From Rhodospirillales bacterium (GTDB lineage Bacteria > Pseudomonadota > Alphaproteobacteria > Rhodospirillales > UBA2165): DNA of 64,000 bases. The stretch lies in contig JADHRD010000001.1 in NCBI GenBank assembly GCA_016777585.1, positions 12,943-76,942 of the forward strand, given 5' to 3'. The position numbers and the translations under genes are program-made. Positions 21,771-31,610 of the stretch are shown here, one piece after another. Each line of letters opens with the position of its first letter. Within the stretch, counting starts at the first letter, position 1. The notes beneath the pieces are model-generated. The model worked only from the letters and a program-made list of their open reading frames with translations. It made no database searches and had not been told where the DNA came from.

Positions 21771-22370
21771 TTAGGCCACAATAATGTTCTGGCGGGCTTC
21801 AAAGGCAGCGATCTTATCTGACTTGGCCATCGTCAATCCAATATCATCGAGACCGTTCATCAAACAGTGTTTTTTAAAAGAATCCACTTCAAACTTTATA
21901 ATATCACCATCTGGACCCGTAATTTCCTGAGCTTCGAGATTTATAGTCATTGTTGCATTTGCACCAAGTTCAGCATCTTCTGTTAATTTATCAATTTGTT
22001 CTTGCGGCAACTTTATTAACAAAATCCCGTTCTTCGAACTATTGTTATAAAAAATATCAGCAAAACTCGGAGCAATTACACATTTGATTCCAAAGTCGAG
22101 AAGAGCCCAAGGGGCGTGCTCGCGAGAGGATCCGCAGCCAAAATTCTTCCCGGCGATCAAAATCTCCGAATTTCTAAATGCTGGTTTATTCAAAACAAAT
22201 TCTTCACGCTCAGTTCCATCTTGGTTAAATCGAAGCGTGCTAAAAAGATCTGCACCCAGACCTGTTCGCTTAATTGTTTTCAAAAAGCGAGCAGGAATTA
22301 TCATATCTGTATCCACATTTATCAAAGGCAATGGTGCCGCGACAGATGTTAGCGTATTAAATTTCTCCAT
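21771..22370 (-). CDS. leuD: 3-isopropylmalate dehydratase small subunit
   Basis: [29 protein letters not shown] and GLDDIGLT. Confidence 0.97.
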   Translation of the reverse strand: MEKFNTLTSVAAPLPLINVDTDMIIPARFLKTIKRTGLGADLFSTLRFNQDGTEREEFVLNKPAFRNSEILIAGKNFGCGSSREHAPWALLDFGIKCVIAPSFADIFYNNSSKNGILLIKLPQEQIDKLTEDAELGANATMTINLEAQEITGPDGDIIKFEVDSFKKHCLMNGLDDIGLTMAKSDKIAAFEARQNIIVA

Positions 22371-22386
22371 AAGAAATCCCCCTCAA

Positions 22387-23793
22387 TCAATCTAAATCGT
22401 TCAAGTCAACGAGATGCCCTTTAACTGCTGCGGCTGCCGCCATTGCCGGGCTTACCAAATGCGTTCTGCCTCCGGGTCCTTGGCGACCCTCAAAATTACG
22501 ATTGGATGTTGAAGCTGCTCTTTCTCCTGGGCCTAATTTGTCTGCGTTCATTGCCAAACACATTGAACATCCAGCTTCACGCCACTCAAAGCCAGCCTCA
22601 ATAAAAATCTGATCCAAACCCTCTTGCTCCGCTATTTCTTTAACCAAGCCTGAACCCGGGACAACAAGAGCCTGCACCCCATGGGCAACCTTGCGCCCTT
22701 CAATAACTGATGCCGCAGCCCGAATATCTTCAATACGACTATTTGTACATGAACCAATAAATGCTGTATTTATTTTAATGTCCGTCATTGGCATTCCTGC
22801 AGTCAGGCCCATGTATTCCAAGGAACGTTCCATTTTATTTCTTCTATTTATATCAGTTTCTCTGTCCGGATCGGGAACGCAACCATCAATCGCCACAACA
22901 TCTTCAGGGCTCGTTCCCCAAGTAACCTGTGGTTTAATCTCAGAAACATCCATAACAATTTCTTCATCAAAAATTGCTGTTTCATCTGTTTTTAGAGTTT
23001 TCCAATATTCGACTGCAGCTTCCCAAGCCGCACCTTTTGGAGATTTAGGACGACCTTTTAAATATTCAAATGTTTTTTCATCTGGCGCAAAAAGACCCAC
23101 CCTCGCACCTGCTTCAATCGTCATGTTGCAGACAGTCATCCGACCTTCCATGGTTAATGATTTGAGGGCATCTCCCGTAAATTCAATAGCTGCCCCTGTA
23201 CCGCCCGCAGTGCCAATTTTTCCTATAATTGCTAAAATCAGGTCTTTTGCCGTAATTCCATTGGGTAGTGTTCCATTAACAGTCACCCTCATATTTCTAC
23301 ATTTGGTTAACAATAATGTTTGCGTTGCTAAAACATGCTCAACTTCTGAAGTGCCTATTCCAAAAGACATGGAACCAAAAGCCCCATGCGTTGCTGTATG
23401 GGAGTCGCCACAAACCAATGTTGTGCCAGGTAAAGTAAAACCTTGTTCTGGCCCAACAACGTGGCAAATTCCTTGGCGAATGTCCTTCATCGAATAAAGT
23501 TCCACCCCAAAGTCAGTACAATTTCTTTCGAGAGCCTCAATTTGTATTCTAGACTCTTCATCATCAATTTGTTTATCGCGATCAGTGGTGGGAACATTAT
23601 GGTCAGCCACAGCAAGAGTTAAGTCGGGTCGACGTACATTTCTACCCTCATTTCTCAAACCATCAAATGCTTGCGGCGAAGTAACCTCGTGCACAAGATG
23701 TCTATCAATGTAAACCAAGCAAGTGCCATCTTCTTGTTCATCGACAACATGGGAGTTCCATAGTTTATCGTAAAGGGTAGTTGCATTATTCAT
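22387..23793 (-). CDS. leuC: 3-isopropylmalate dehydratase large subunit
   Basis: [32 protein letters not shown] and [14 protein letters not shown] at 23793, with a TTG alternative at 23799. Confidence 0.97.
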   Translation of the reverse strand: MNNATTLYDKLWNSHVVDEQEDGTCLVYIDRHLVHEVTSPQAFDGLRNEGRNVRRPDLTLAVADHNVPTTDRDKQIDDEESRIQIEALERNCTDFGVELYSMKDIRQGICHVVGPEQGFTLPGTTLVCGDSHTATHGAFGSMSFGIGTSEVEHVLATQTLLLTKCRNMRVTVNGTLPNGITAKDLILAIIGKIGTAGGTGAAIEFTGDALKSLTMEGRMTVCNMTIEAGARVGLFAPDEKTFEYLKGRPKSPKGAAWEAAVEYWKTLKTDETAIFDEEIVMDVSEIKPQVTWGTSPEDVVAIDGCVPDPDRETDINRRNKMERSLEYMGLTAGMPMTDIKINTAFIGSCTNSRIEDIRAAASVIEGRKVAHGVQALVVPGSGLVKEIAEQEGLDQIFIEAGFEWREAGCSMCLAMNADKLGPGERAASTSNRNFEGRQGPGGRTHLVSPAMAAAAAVKGHLVDLNDLD

Positions 23794-23851
23794 ATTCAAT
23801 TACTCACTATAAAAAACAAAGTTTCTTTCACTAATAGTCTGGCAAATATAT

Positions 23852-24385
23852 TTATTCTTCGGATTTTTGTTCTACGTTTTCTTCAGTCACGACTGGCGCT
23901 ACACCCTCGGAGCTCTCTTGTTTTATCTCTTTTTTTGCTAATGCCTTAGCCGCACTTGCTAATTTATTTTTTTCTTTAAGGGCAACAGCCTTTTCTCGAT
24001 CAGCAGCAGAAAGCTTCGCTGCATAACCATCTGTCTGTTCTGCAATTCTAGCCCTCTTGCCCTGCCTGCCCCGAAGGTAATATAATTTGGCTCTTCTGAC
24101 ATCACCTCGACGCAGAACTTCAATACTGTCTACATTGGGCGAATAAAGGGGGAACACACGCTCAACACCCTCGCCATAAGAAATCTTACGGACCGTAAAA
24201 TTGGAATGAAGCCCATCATTCTTTCGCGCTATACAAATACCTTCATAGGCCTGTACACGTTCTCGTTCACCTTCTATTACTTTAACATTAATCTTTACTA
24301 AGTCACCGGGCGCAAACTCTGGCAGATCTTTGTCAGCATTTAATTTAGCTATTTGTTCTTGTTCAATTTCTTCTAATAGATTCAT
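23852..24385 (-). CDS. rplS: 50S ribosomal protein L19 with long C-terminal extension
   Basis: [27 protein letters not shown] and [17 protein letters not shown] lies 7 nt upstream of the ATG at 24385. Confidence 0.97.
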   Translation of the reverse strand: MNLLEEIEQEQIAKLNADKDLPEFAPGDLVKINVKVIEGERERVQAYEGICIARKNDGLHSNFTVRKISYGEGVERVFPLYSPNVDSIEVLRRGDVRRAKLYYLRGRQGKRARIAEQTDGYAAKLSAADREKAVALKEKNKLASAAKALAKKEIKQESSEGVAPVVTEENVEQKSEE

Positions 24386-24417
24386 AATCATAACCTCAAT
24401 TCGTGTTCAAATAAAAT

Positions 24418-25161
24418 TTAATGTTTAGTTTGAGCTTCCTTAACTCCAGAAATATATTTTGACCAAAGATCAGGGCGTCTTTTGGAAGTGACTTTCTCAG
24501 CTTCCATTTTTCTCCATTCCCTTATCTCAGAATGATGACCCGATAAGAGCACCTTAGGAACTCGTCTTCCTTCCCACACTTGGGGGCGAGTGTAATGAGA
24601 GTATTCAAGCAAACCATCAACAAAACTCTCATCTAAAGTCGTTTCCGCATTACCAACGACGCCCGGAAGAAGACGGACGCATGCGTCAATAAGAGTTATT
24701 GCTGCTGGCTCTCCGCCAGATAAAACAAAATCACCAATACTAATCTCTTCCATTTTCCACGCATCAATAACTCTATTATCAATGCCCTCGTAACGTCCAC
24801 ACAGCAATATTACCCCATCAGTGTTTGCGAGTTCTTGAGCTCTTGACTGATTTAAACATTGCCCTCTTGGCGACAAGTAAATTATAGGACGATTAACATG
24901 CGGAACAGATTTAAGCGCTGCGTCAACAACGTCTGGCCTAATAACCATTCCAGCTCCCCCACCAAACGGAGTATCGTCGACTGTCTGAGATTTGTTATCC
25001 GCAAAGTCTCGAAGATTTATAGTTTCTATATCCCAGAATCCATCAGCTAAAGCTTTGCCGGCCAATGAAAAACCGAGGCAGCCAGGCATCATCTCTGGAA
25101 ATAGTGTCAAGACACTCGCTTTCCAAGCCCCGCTTTTTTGCACACTTTGTGGTTTATTCAT
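24418..25161 (-). CDS. trmD: tRNA (guanosine(37)-N1)-methyltransferase
   Basis: TLFPE, VDDTPFGGGAGMV, CGRYEGID, IGDFVLSGGE, YTRP and LLSGHH. Start could be ATG 25161 or TTG 25176. Confidence 0.96.
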   Translation of the reverse strand: MNKPQSVQKSGAWKASVLTLFPEMMPGCLGFSLAGKALADGFWDIETINLRDFADNKSQTVDDTPFGGGAGMVIRPDVVDAALKSVPHVNRPIIYLSPRGQCLNQSRAQELANTDGVILLCGRYEGIDNRVIDAWKMEEISIGDFVLSGGEPAAITLIDACVRLLPGVVGNAETTLDESFVDGLLEYSHYTRPQVWEGRRVPKVLLSGHHSEIREWRKMEAEKVTSKRRPDLWSKYISGVKEAQTKH

Positions 25162-25199
25162 AACTGTGTATTCCAAATAATATTATTTTAGGTCCGAGT

Positions 25200-25739
25200 T
25201 CATTTGTTGTCATGGACCTCATCACCAATAACTTCTAAAAGTGGATTAACAACAATTCGCCCTTTATCAAAATCAATTATGGGTATTCCTTTTGACGACA
25301 TTGTAAACATTTTAGTTCCACCATCATCTAAACTCACCTCTATAATATCTCCAGCCCCATAATTATCTACCATTATTACTTTCCCAATTCGATTATCCTC
25401 AAAATCATCAACGTCCAAGCCAATTAGATCATGGTAATAAAATTCATCTTCATCCAACTCGGGCAAAACTGCCCTTGTTACATACAATTCCAATCCTTTG
25501 ATGCCCTCGGCTGCGTTGCGATCCTCAATTCCACTTAATCGGGCAACTATTCCCTTCTTATTTTTACTAACCAATGTTATTTTATAACTATCTCTTAGAG
25601 TTCTATCGAAAACCGGTCCAAACGATAAAATATCCTCCTGGTTTTCCATAAAACTTTTAATTTTCACAGCCCCTTTTAACCCATGCACTCCTGCGACAAC
25701 ACCTACGCAAACTAAATCTTTTTCACTGCAAGGGCTCAT
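25200..25739 (-). CDS. rimM: Ribosome maturation factor RimM
   Basis: HGLKGAV, DRNAAE, EFYYHDLIGL and YGAGD. Lies between rpsP and trmD. Confidence 0.96.
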   Translation of the reverse strand: MSPCSEKDLVCVGVVAGVHGLKGAVKIKSFMENQEDILSFGPVFDRTLRDSYKITLVSKNKKGIVARLSGIEDRNAAEGIKGLELYVTRAVLPELDEDEFYYHDLIGLDVDDFEDNRIGKVIMVDNYGAGDIIEVSLDDGGTKMFTMSSKGIPIIDFDKGRIVVNPLLEVIGDEVHDNK

Positions 25740-25742
25740 CAG

Positions 25743-26354
25743 TTACTTAGCCTTCGCTTCCTTTTCTTCTTTTGCCGGAGTTTCCTCTGCTTTTGCTTCT
25801 TCTGCTGGGGCTTCCTCTGCTTTTGCTTCTTCTGCTGGGGCTTCCTCTGCTTTTGCTTCTTCTACTGGGGCTTCCTCTGCTTTTGCTTCTTCTACTGGGG
25901 CTTCCTCTGCTTTTGCTTCTTCTGCTGGGGCTTCCTCTGCTACCGTCTCAGACACTGTTGGAGTTGGAGCTGAAGCTGCAGTCTCAGCCTCAGCAGCGGC
26001 CGCCTCTTGCGCTGCCTTTTGGGCTTCTTGTTTTTCACGTATTCTCTCAAGTGTCTTTTCTTTTGGTAAATGCTGTTTCGTTTGCTCTGCATGGACAGGT
26101 TTTTCAATAATATCAGCTGCGCCGAGAAATCTCGCTACACGGTCCGTCGGCAAAGCGCCATGAGCCAGCCAATGTTTGATTCTGTCCTCTTTAAGGACGA
26201 TTCGTTCTGGATGATCTTTTGCGACCATTGGGTTATATGTTCCCACGCGTTCAATAAACCTACCATCTCGAGGACTTCTAGAGTCCGCAACTACGATACG
26301 ATAGAACGGACGCTTTTTTGCTCCACCACGCGATAAACGAATTTTTGTAGCCAT
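25743..26354 (-). CDS. rpsP: 30S ribosomal protein S16 with acidic repetitive C-terminal tail
   Basis: [32 protein letters not shown], followed by ([10 protein letters not shown])n. Confidence 0.98.
   Translation of the reverse strand: MATKIRLSRGGAKKRPFYRIVVADSRSPRDGRFIERVGTYNPMVAKDHPERIVLKEDRIKHWLAHGALPTDRVARFLGAADIIEKPVHAEQTKQHLPKEKTLERIREKQEAQKAAQEAAAAEAETAASAPTPTVSETVAEEAPAEEAKAEEAPVEEAKAEEAPVEEAKAEEAPAEEAKAEEAPAEEAKAEETPAKEEKEAKAK
25782..25941. repeat. 30-bp in-frame tandem repeat, about 5.3 copies, inside rpsP
   Basis: Unit tctgctggggcttcctctgcttttgcttct (two copies begin tcta). Encodes EEAP(A/V)EEAKA. Confidence 0.95.
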
Positions 26355-26396
26355 AAATATTTCCTCTTTTCTAAACTAAATTTATAAATTTTAATA

Positions 26397-27773
26397 TCAG
26401 AACTTCATTCCTGATGGGGGCATCATTGCTCCCATCATGTCGCTATTCATTCCAGGCATCATGCCTTTCATTCCACTTTTCCCCATTTTTTTCATCATTT
26501 TTGACATTTGCTGAAATTGCTTTAACAACCGGTTTACATCCTGAACGCTGGTACCAGAACCCGCCGCAATTCGTTTTCGTCGTTTGGCATTGAGAACTTT
26601 AGGATTTCGACGCTCTTGTATAGTCATAGATAAAATTATTGCTTCTTGCCTAACTATTGCTCGATCGTCAATATTTGCTTCAGCTATTTGTTTTTTCATT
26701 TTACCAACACCCGGGAGCATACCCATTAATCCGCCAATGTCTCCCATATTTTTAATTTGGCCCAATTGCTGTTGCAAATCCTCTAGTGTAAACTGACCCT
26801 TAAGCGCTCGCTTTGCTATTTTTTCAGCATTAGCTTGGTCTAACGTTTCCTCAGCCTTTTCAACTAATCCTACAATATCTCCCATACCCAAGATCCGATT
26901 AGCAATTCGATCGGCTTGAAAGGCTTCTAACGCATTAAGTTTTTCTCCAACACCCATAAACTTAATTGGACAACCCGTAACAGCTCTCATCGAGAGTGCC
27001 GCTCCACCACGCGAGTCTCCATCGACCCTGCTAAGAACTATGCCGGTAATTCCTATTCTCTCTTTAAACTCTCTGGCTACGTTAACTGCATCTTGACCAC
27101 CCATTGCATCGGCTACCAATAATGTTTCCGCGGGAACAACGATATTACGGATTTCTGCTACTTCTGCCATGAGATCTTGATCAATTGCTAGCCGACCGGC
27201 TGTATCAAGGATAACAACATCAAAACCTTCTTTCCGGCCGGTTTCCATGGCTCGTTTTGCTATCCCAACAGGTTGTTCCCCAAAAACCGATTTAAGACAA
27301 ACAACGTCAGCTTGAAGAGCGAGCTGAGCAAGTTGTTCCTGAGCAGCCGGCCTTGCAACGTCTAAACCCGCGACCATGACTTTCTTTTTTTCCCGATTTT
27401 TTAGTCTTAAAGCGAGTTTTCCAGTTGTGGTGGTCTTGCCTGAACCCTGTAATCCAACCATCAATATTGGAACAGGTGCCACCGCAGCCAAATTAATCTC
27501 AGCATTTTCAGAACCCAACATCTCTATTAATTGATCATTAACAATTTTTATGACCATTTGTCCCGGCGTCACACTCTTTGTCACGTCTTGACCGATCGCC
27601 GCTTGATTAACCTTTTCTATAAATTCTTTCACGATAGGGAGAGCAACGTCAGCCTCTAACAAAGCAACGCGGATTTCTCGCATAGCATCAGAAACATCAG
27701 AAGCACTCAAAGCTCCGTGTTTTCTGAGCCTATCGAATATATCACCAAATTTACTTGTTAAACTGTCAAACAA
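26397..27773 (-). CDS. ffh: Signal recognition particle protein Ffh
   Basis: ALLEADV, GLQGSGKTTT, DTAGR, DGDSRGGAA, RILGMGD and a Met-rich M domain. TTG start with GGGGA SD. Confidence 0.98.
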   Translation of the reverse strand: MFDSLTSKFGDIFDRLRKHGALSASDVSDAMREIRVALLEADVALPIVKEFIEKVNQAAIGQDVTKSVTPGQMVIKIVNDQLIEMLGSENAEINLAAVAPVPILMVGLQGSGKTTTTGKLALRLKNREKKKVMVAGLDVARPAAQEQLAQLALQADVVCLKSVFGEQPVGIAKRAMETGRKEGFDVVILDTAGRLAIDQDLMAEVAEIRNIVVPAETLLVADAMGGQDAVNVAREFKERIGITGIVLSRVDGDSRGGAALSMRAVTGCPIKFMGVGEKLNALEAFQADRIANRILGMGDIVGLVEKAEETLDQANAEKIAKRALKGQFTLEDLQQQLGQIKNMGDIGGLMGMLPGVGKMKKQIAEANIDDRAIVRQEAIILSMTIQERRNPKVLNAKRRKRIAAGSGTSVQDVNRLLKQFQQMSKMMKKMGKSGMKGMMPGMNSDMMGAMMPPSGMKF

Positions 27774-27797
27774 TTTATATTCCCCAAAGTGTCACGC

Positions 27798-27840
27798 AAA
27801 AAGCGCCAGTGCGCGAAACTCGCGGACTGGCGGGCAACAT
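27798..27840 (-). ncRNA. Structured cis-regulatory leader of ffh (likely the alphaproteobacterial ffh RNA motif)
   Basis: Minus strand GTTGCC-CGCCAGT-C-CGCGA-GTT-TCGCG-C-ACTGGCG-CTTTT forms a GC-rich hairpin 30 nt upstream of ffh in an AT-rich context. An ffh-leader RNA family is known in alphaproteobacteria. Confidence 0.7.
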
Positions 27841-27908
27841 CATTTACTACTGCATTTAAAACTTAGCAATAGAGTTGCTACCACTGAATACGTATTAAAT
27901 TTAGTTGG

Positions 27909-27937
27909 AAATTAATGACAGTAAACCTATAAGTCAA
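27909..27937 (-). promoter_or_regulatory. Putative sigma70 promoter for the ffh operon
   Basis: Minus strand TTGACT-N17-TAATTT. It would give a leader of about 130 nt that contains the hairpin. Confidence 0.4.
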
Positions 27938-28060
27938 GGGTTTCTGTATATTATAATTCCATCAAACACTTCCTTGGTGTATCATCGGGAGCATGGGAAA
28001 CACGCAAACATTTACTAAAATGAGTGGACTTAAACGCATTTCGGTTTTATATCGCAACCT

Positions 28061-28876
28061 ATGACAAATATTCAGTTTTTAAAAATGCATGGTTTGGGTA
28101 ATGATTTTGTGATTATCGATAATCGCAAACATATGTTAAATTTAAGTACATCTCAGATTAGGGGGCTTTCAAACCGAAAGAGGGGTATTGGCTGCGACCA
28201 ACTGATCACGATGGAAACCTCAAAAACTAATGCAGATATTAAAATGCGCATTTATAATTCTGACGGAAGTGAAGTTGGCGCTTGTGGTAATGCTGCTAGA
28301 TGCATTGGTCGTTTGATGATGGATGAAAAGAAAAACACCCAAGTACAAATTGAAGCGATGGATAGAGTATTATTGGCGACCCGATCTAATGAATTAATTA
28401 GTGTAAATATGGGGCAAGCCGCTATTGATTGGCGTGAAATACCATTGTCTCAGAAAATGGATACAATATCACTTGATATAAATGAAGGTATTCTAGAAAA
28501 TCCAGTTGCCGTGAATATTGGAAATCCTCACATGGTATTTTTTGTAAAAAATATTAATGAAATTGACCTCGGATCTATTGGTCCAAAACTGGAACACCAT
28601 AGTTTCTTTCCGAAAAAGGCAAATATAGAAATTGCTCAAATAATATCATCAGAGAAAATCCGGGTTAGGGTATGGGAGCGCGGTGCTGGCATAACAGAAG
28701 CCTGTGGCAGCGGAGCGTGTGCTGTATTGGTAGCTGCTGTGAGAAGGAACTTATCTGATCGGCGAGCCGAAATTGAATTGGATGGCGGAACACTAGAAAT
28801 TGAATGGCAAAGAGATAATTGTGTTTCAATGACTGGGCCCACAGAGATAAACTTTTCCGGAAGTTGCAGTTTATGA
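28061..28876 (+). CDS. dapF: Diaminopimelate epimerase
   Basis: KMHGLGNDF, GIGCDQ, NSDGSEVGACGNAARC, GNPH and ERGAGITEACGSG. Confidence 0.97.
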   Translation: MTNIQFLKMHGLGNDFVIIDNRKHMLNLSTSQIRGLSNRKRGIGCDQLITMETSKTNADIKMRIYNSDGSEVGACGNAARCIGRLMMDEKKNTQVQIEAMDRVLLATRSNELISVNMGQAAIDWREIPLSQKMDTISLDINEGILENPVAVNIGNPHMVFFVKNINEIDLGSIGPKLEHHSFFPKKANIEIAQIISSEKIRVRVWERGAGITEACGSGACAVLVAAVRRNLSDRRAEIELDGGTLEIEWQRDNCVSMTGPTEINFSGSCSL

Positions 28877-30144
28877 AAAATCAGGAATCAAACCCAGAAG
28901 TGGTTACATTTGGCTGCAGGCTAAATACTGTGGAGTCAGAAATAATTAAAAACCAGGCTATCAAAGGAGGGCTCAGTAATGCCACAATCTTTAATACTTG
29001 CGGAGTTACTGAGGCTGCCGAAAAACAGGCTATCAAAGAAATTAAGAAATTAAAGAGAGAAAACCCAGAGACACAAATCATTGTGACCGGATGCGCGGTA
29101 CAGATTAATCCAACAAAATACAAGAATCTTTCTGAAGTTGATATTGTCCTTGGAAATCACGAGAAACTTCAAGTTGATAGTTATAGATCCAAAAGTCCTT
29201 CTGACAATTTCCAAATCTCCAATATTATGGAGAGGAAAGAAATGGAAGAAAATTTAATTAGCGGATTTGGTAAACGTACTCGCGCATTTATTCAAATACA
29301 GCAAGGATGCAATCATCGCTGTACTTTTTGCATTATACCTTTCGGGAGGGGCAACAGTAGATCACTTCCGATTGAAAATATTGCGAAACAAATCAATATA
29401 TTATTAGAGCAAGGATATAAAGAAGCTGTCCTAACGGGCGTTGATATATCATCTTACGGCCAAGATTTGTCAGTAAAACATTCGTTAGGTTCGATGGTGA
29501 AACAGCTATTGGTTATGCTACCTAATTTAAAACGTTTACGCCTTAGCTCGCTTGATCCTGCGGTGATTGATGATGAACTCCTTGAAATTATCAGCACAGA
29601 ACCGAGATTGATGCCTCACTTGCACTTTAGTGTTCAAGCTGGAAGCGATTTGATTTTAAAACGCATGAAACGCAGGCATAGCCGAGAAGGTTTAATAAGT
29701 CTGTGTAAAAAGATTAAACAGTTACGTCCCGAAATAGTATTTGGGGCAGATATTATTGTGGGCTTTCCAACTGAGACAGAAGAAAATTTCTCGGACACAT
29801 TGAGGATTGTTGATGAGGCAAACCTGACCTACTTACACGTATTTCCTTTTTCAGCCAGACCAGAAACACCAGCTGCACGGATGCCACAAGTTGAGAAAAA
29901 AAATATTAAAAAACGTTCCGAAATACTCCGAATAAAGGGAGATAAAATCAAAACTGAATATTTTAAAAGTCTAATAGGTAAGGAAGTTACAGCGTTAGTA
30001 GAAAAGGGAGATCAGGGCTACACAGAATCATTCGCACCTATTAAATTTACTGGACCAGTCAAACGGGGGGAAATTGTATCAGCGAAAATTTCTAATTTCT
30101 CCAATAAACGATTATCCGCAGAAATTATAAATAATATCTTATGA
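28873..30144 (+). CDS. mtaB: tRNA ms2t6A methylthiotransferase (radical SAM)
   Basis: TFGCRLN, NTCGVT, VTGCA, QQGCNHRCTFCIIP (CxxxCxxC) and GADIIVGFP. The ATG overlaps the dapF stop, and the dapF-mtaB-ftsY order is the usual one. Confidence 0.9.
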   Translation: MKNQESNPEVVTFGCRLNTVESEIIKNQAIKGGLSNATIFNTCGVTEAAEKQAIKEIKKLKRENPETQIIVTGCAVQINPTKYKNLSEVDIVLGNHEKLQVDSYRSKSPSDNFQISNIMERKEMEENLISGFGKRTRAFIQIQQGCNHRCTFCIIPFGRGNSRSLPIENIAKQINILLEQGYKEAVLTGVDISSYGQDLSVKHSLGSMVKQLLVMLPNLKRLRLSSLDPAVIDDELLEIISTEPRLMPHLHFSVQAGSDLILKRMKRRHSREGLISLCKKIKQLRPEIVFGADIIVGFPTETEENFSDTLRIVDEANLTYLHVFPFSARPETPAARMPQVEKKNIKKRSEILRIKGDKIKTEYFKSLIGKEVTALVEKGDQGYTESFAPIKFTGPVKRGEIVSAKISNFSNKRLSAEIINNIL

Positions 30145-31094
30145 AAATAGGTAGTTCTTCATCGGATGATTCGGATTGGCTTTCGCGCTTAACAAATGGC
30201 CTCAGTCGATCATCTCAAAAATTAGGGCAGAGTATCAATGACCTATTTACCCAAAAAAAGTTAAACGATGAGACAATTACAGAACTAGAAGACATATTAA
30301 TCACCTCTGATCTTGGTTTTACAACCGCATCAAACTTAACAAAAAAAATTAGATCCTTAAAGTTTAACCAAGAAATCACAGTAGATGAGGTCAAGGCTAC
30401 GCTTGCAGCCGAAATATCAAAAACTATAGAACCCTTCACTCAACCTATCAAAATAAATATAGAATTCTCGCCACACGTTATACTTGTTTGTGGTGTTAAT
30501 GGAGTTGGTAAAACGACTACCATAGGAAAATTAGCTCAAACATATTCTTTTGAGGGAAAAACCGTATGTCTGGCTGCATGTGATACTTTTCGTGCTGCAG
30601 CAATTGAACAATTAGAAATATGGGGGGATCGGGCTAATTGTCACGTTTTTTCTTCTGAAACTGGGAAAGACCCAGCAAGCCTTGCCTTTGACGCACTAAA
30701 ACATTCTCAAGATATAGGCGCAGATATCCTTATTATTGATACTGCGGGAAGACTCCACAATAAAAAAGAGCTGATGGATGAACTTGAAAAAATAATCAGA
30801 GTAATTAAAAAGATTAATAGCGATGCGCCTCATGACCGGATATTGGTTTTAGATGCAACAACAGGTCAAAATGCTCATTCGCAAGTCGAAGCTTTTATAG
30901 ACATAATTGATATTTCTGGTCTTATATTAACAAAATTAGATGGCTCTTCAAAAGGTGGCGTTTTAGTTTCTTTAACCGAAAAATTTGGTTTGCCAGTCCA
31001 CGCGGTAGGTGTTGGTGAGAGTGTTGAAGACCTCAGACCTTTTGACCCTGATGATTTCTCAAATTCATTGCTGGGAATAAATACTTCTAAATAA
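30141..31094 (+). CDS. ftsY: SRP receptor FtsY (short form, no acidic domain)
   Basis: GVNGVGKTTTIGKLA, DTFRAAA, DTAGRL, DATTGQN and TKLDGSSKGG. Confidence 0.97.
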   Translation: MKIGSSSSDDSDWLSRLTNGLSRSSQKLGQSINDLFTQKKLNDETITELEDILITSDLGFTTASNLTKKIRSLKFNQEITVDEVKATLAAEISKTIEPFTQPIKINIEFSPHVILVCGVNGVGKTTTIGKLAQTYSFEGKTVCLAACDTFRAAAIEQLEIWGDRANCHVFSSETGKDPASLAFDALKHSQDIGADILIIDTAGRLHNKKELMDELEKIIRVIKKINSDAPHDRILVLDATTGQNAHSQVEAFIDIIDISGLILTKLDGSSKGGVLVSLTEKFGLPVHAVGVGESVEDLRPFDPDDFSNSLLGINTSK

Positions 31095-31098
31095 GTAT

Positions 31099-31344
31099 CT
31101 AGACGCGCACATTTAAATAAAATCCGCGCGGAACATCATCTCGCAATGGTTTATTTACGCTCATTCTCTCGTTTAATTTATCAACCGCACGACGGAATAC
31201 TGGCTCATCCATTGGCTTAGTAATTTTAGCTTGACGATCTACATCCTTCGAAGCCTCATAACGAGAGAGGGCTTGTTGACGCGTTTGCCCTCCATGTTTC
31301 AGGGGTTCAACGGTATTGTTCATTATTTTAATAGTATCAACCAT
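31099..31344 (-). CDS. Small hypothetical protein (81 aa)
   Basis: Fills the gap after ftsY (4 nt from its stop) and is more GC-rich than the upstream intergenic DNA. C-terminus is PRGFYLNVRV. Confidence 0.6.
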   Translation of the reverse strand: MVDTIKIMNNTVEPLKHGGQTRQQALSRYEASKDVDRQAKITKPMDEPVFRRAVDKLNERMSVNKPLRDDVPRGFYLNVRV

Positions 31345-31610
31345 TTGAAATTCTATTTTTCCCTAAAAACTAAAAACTAGGCCTAACACGCATAAATGCT
31401 ACCAAACATTATAATAGTCTAATAATGTTCTAAAGTAAAAAAGTTAACAAAACCTGATAAATATTTCTAAAAGTAAGGAACAAACTTATTCAACTATTCA
31501 TTTTTCTGGAATATTAATCACCATTTTAAAATAAACTTGTACTAAAATTAGCATGGGCTAAATTAAAAATTAAAACTTAAATAAAATTCGAAACTGGGCG
31601 AATCTTAATT

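Noticed and set aside
22691-23497. 268-aa + strand ORF, the longest alternative ORF
   Set aside because: It lies wholly antisense to leuC in the codon-mirrored frame, is Ser/Pro/Ile-rich and has no motif. It is a typical shadow ORF, like the many 60-150 aa antisense ORFs over lpdA, sucB, sucC, mdh, leuB, acnA, dctM and ettA.
25782-25941. Possible CRISPR array (30-bp periodicity)
   Set aside because: The units are head-to-tail with no unique spacers, are in frame within rpsP, and there are no cas genes.
25772-26110. Poly-Leu repeat ORF (LLLLLLGLP)n
   Set aside because: It is the antisense reading of the rpsP 30-bp repeat.
31345-31610. CtrA boxes in the divergent spacer
   Set aside because: Several TTAA half-sites occur, but I found no exact TTAA-N7-TTAA, and such words are expected by chance in DNA this AT-rich.
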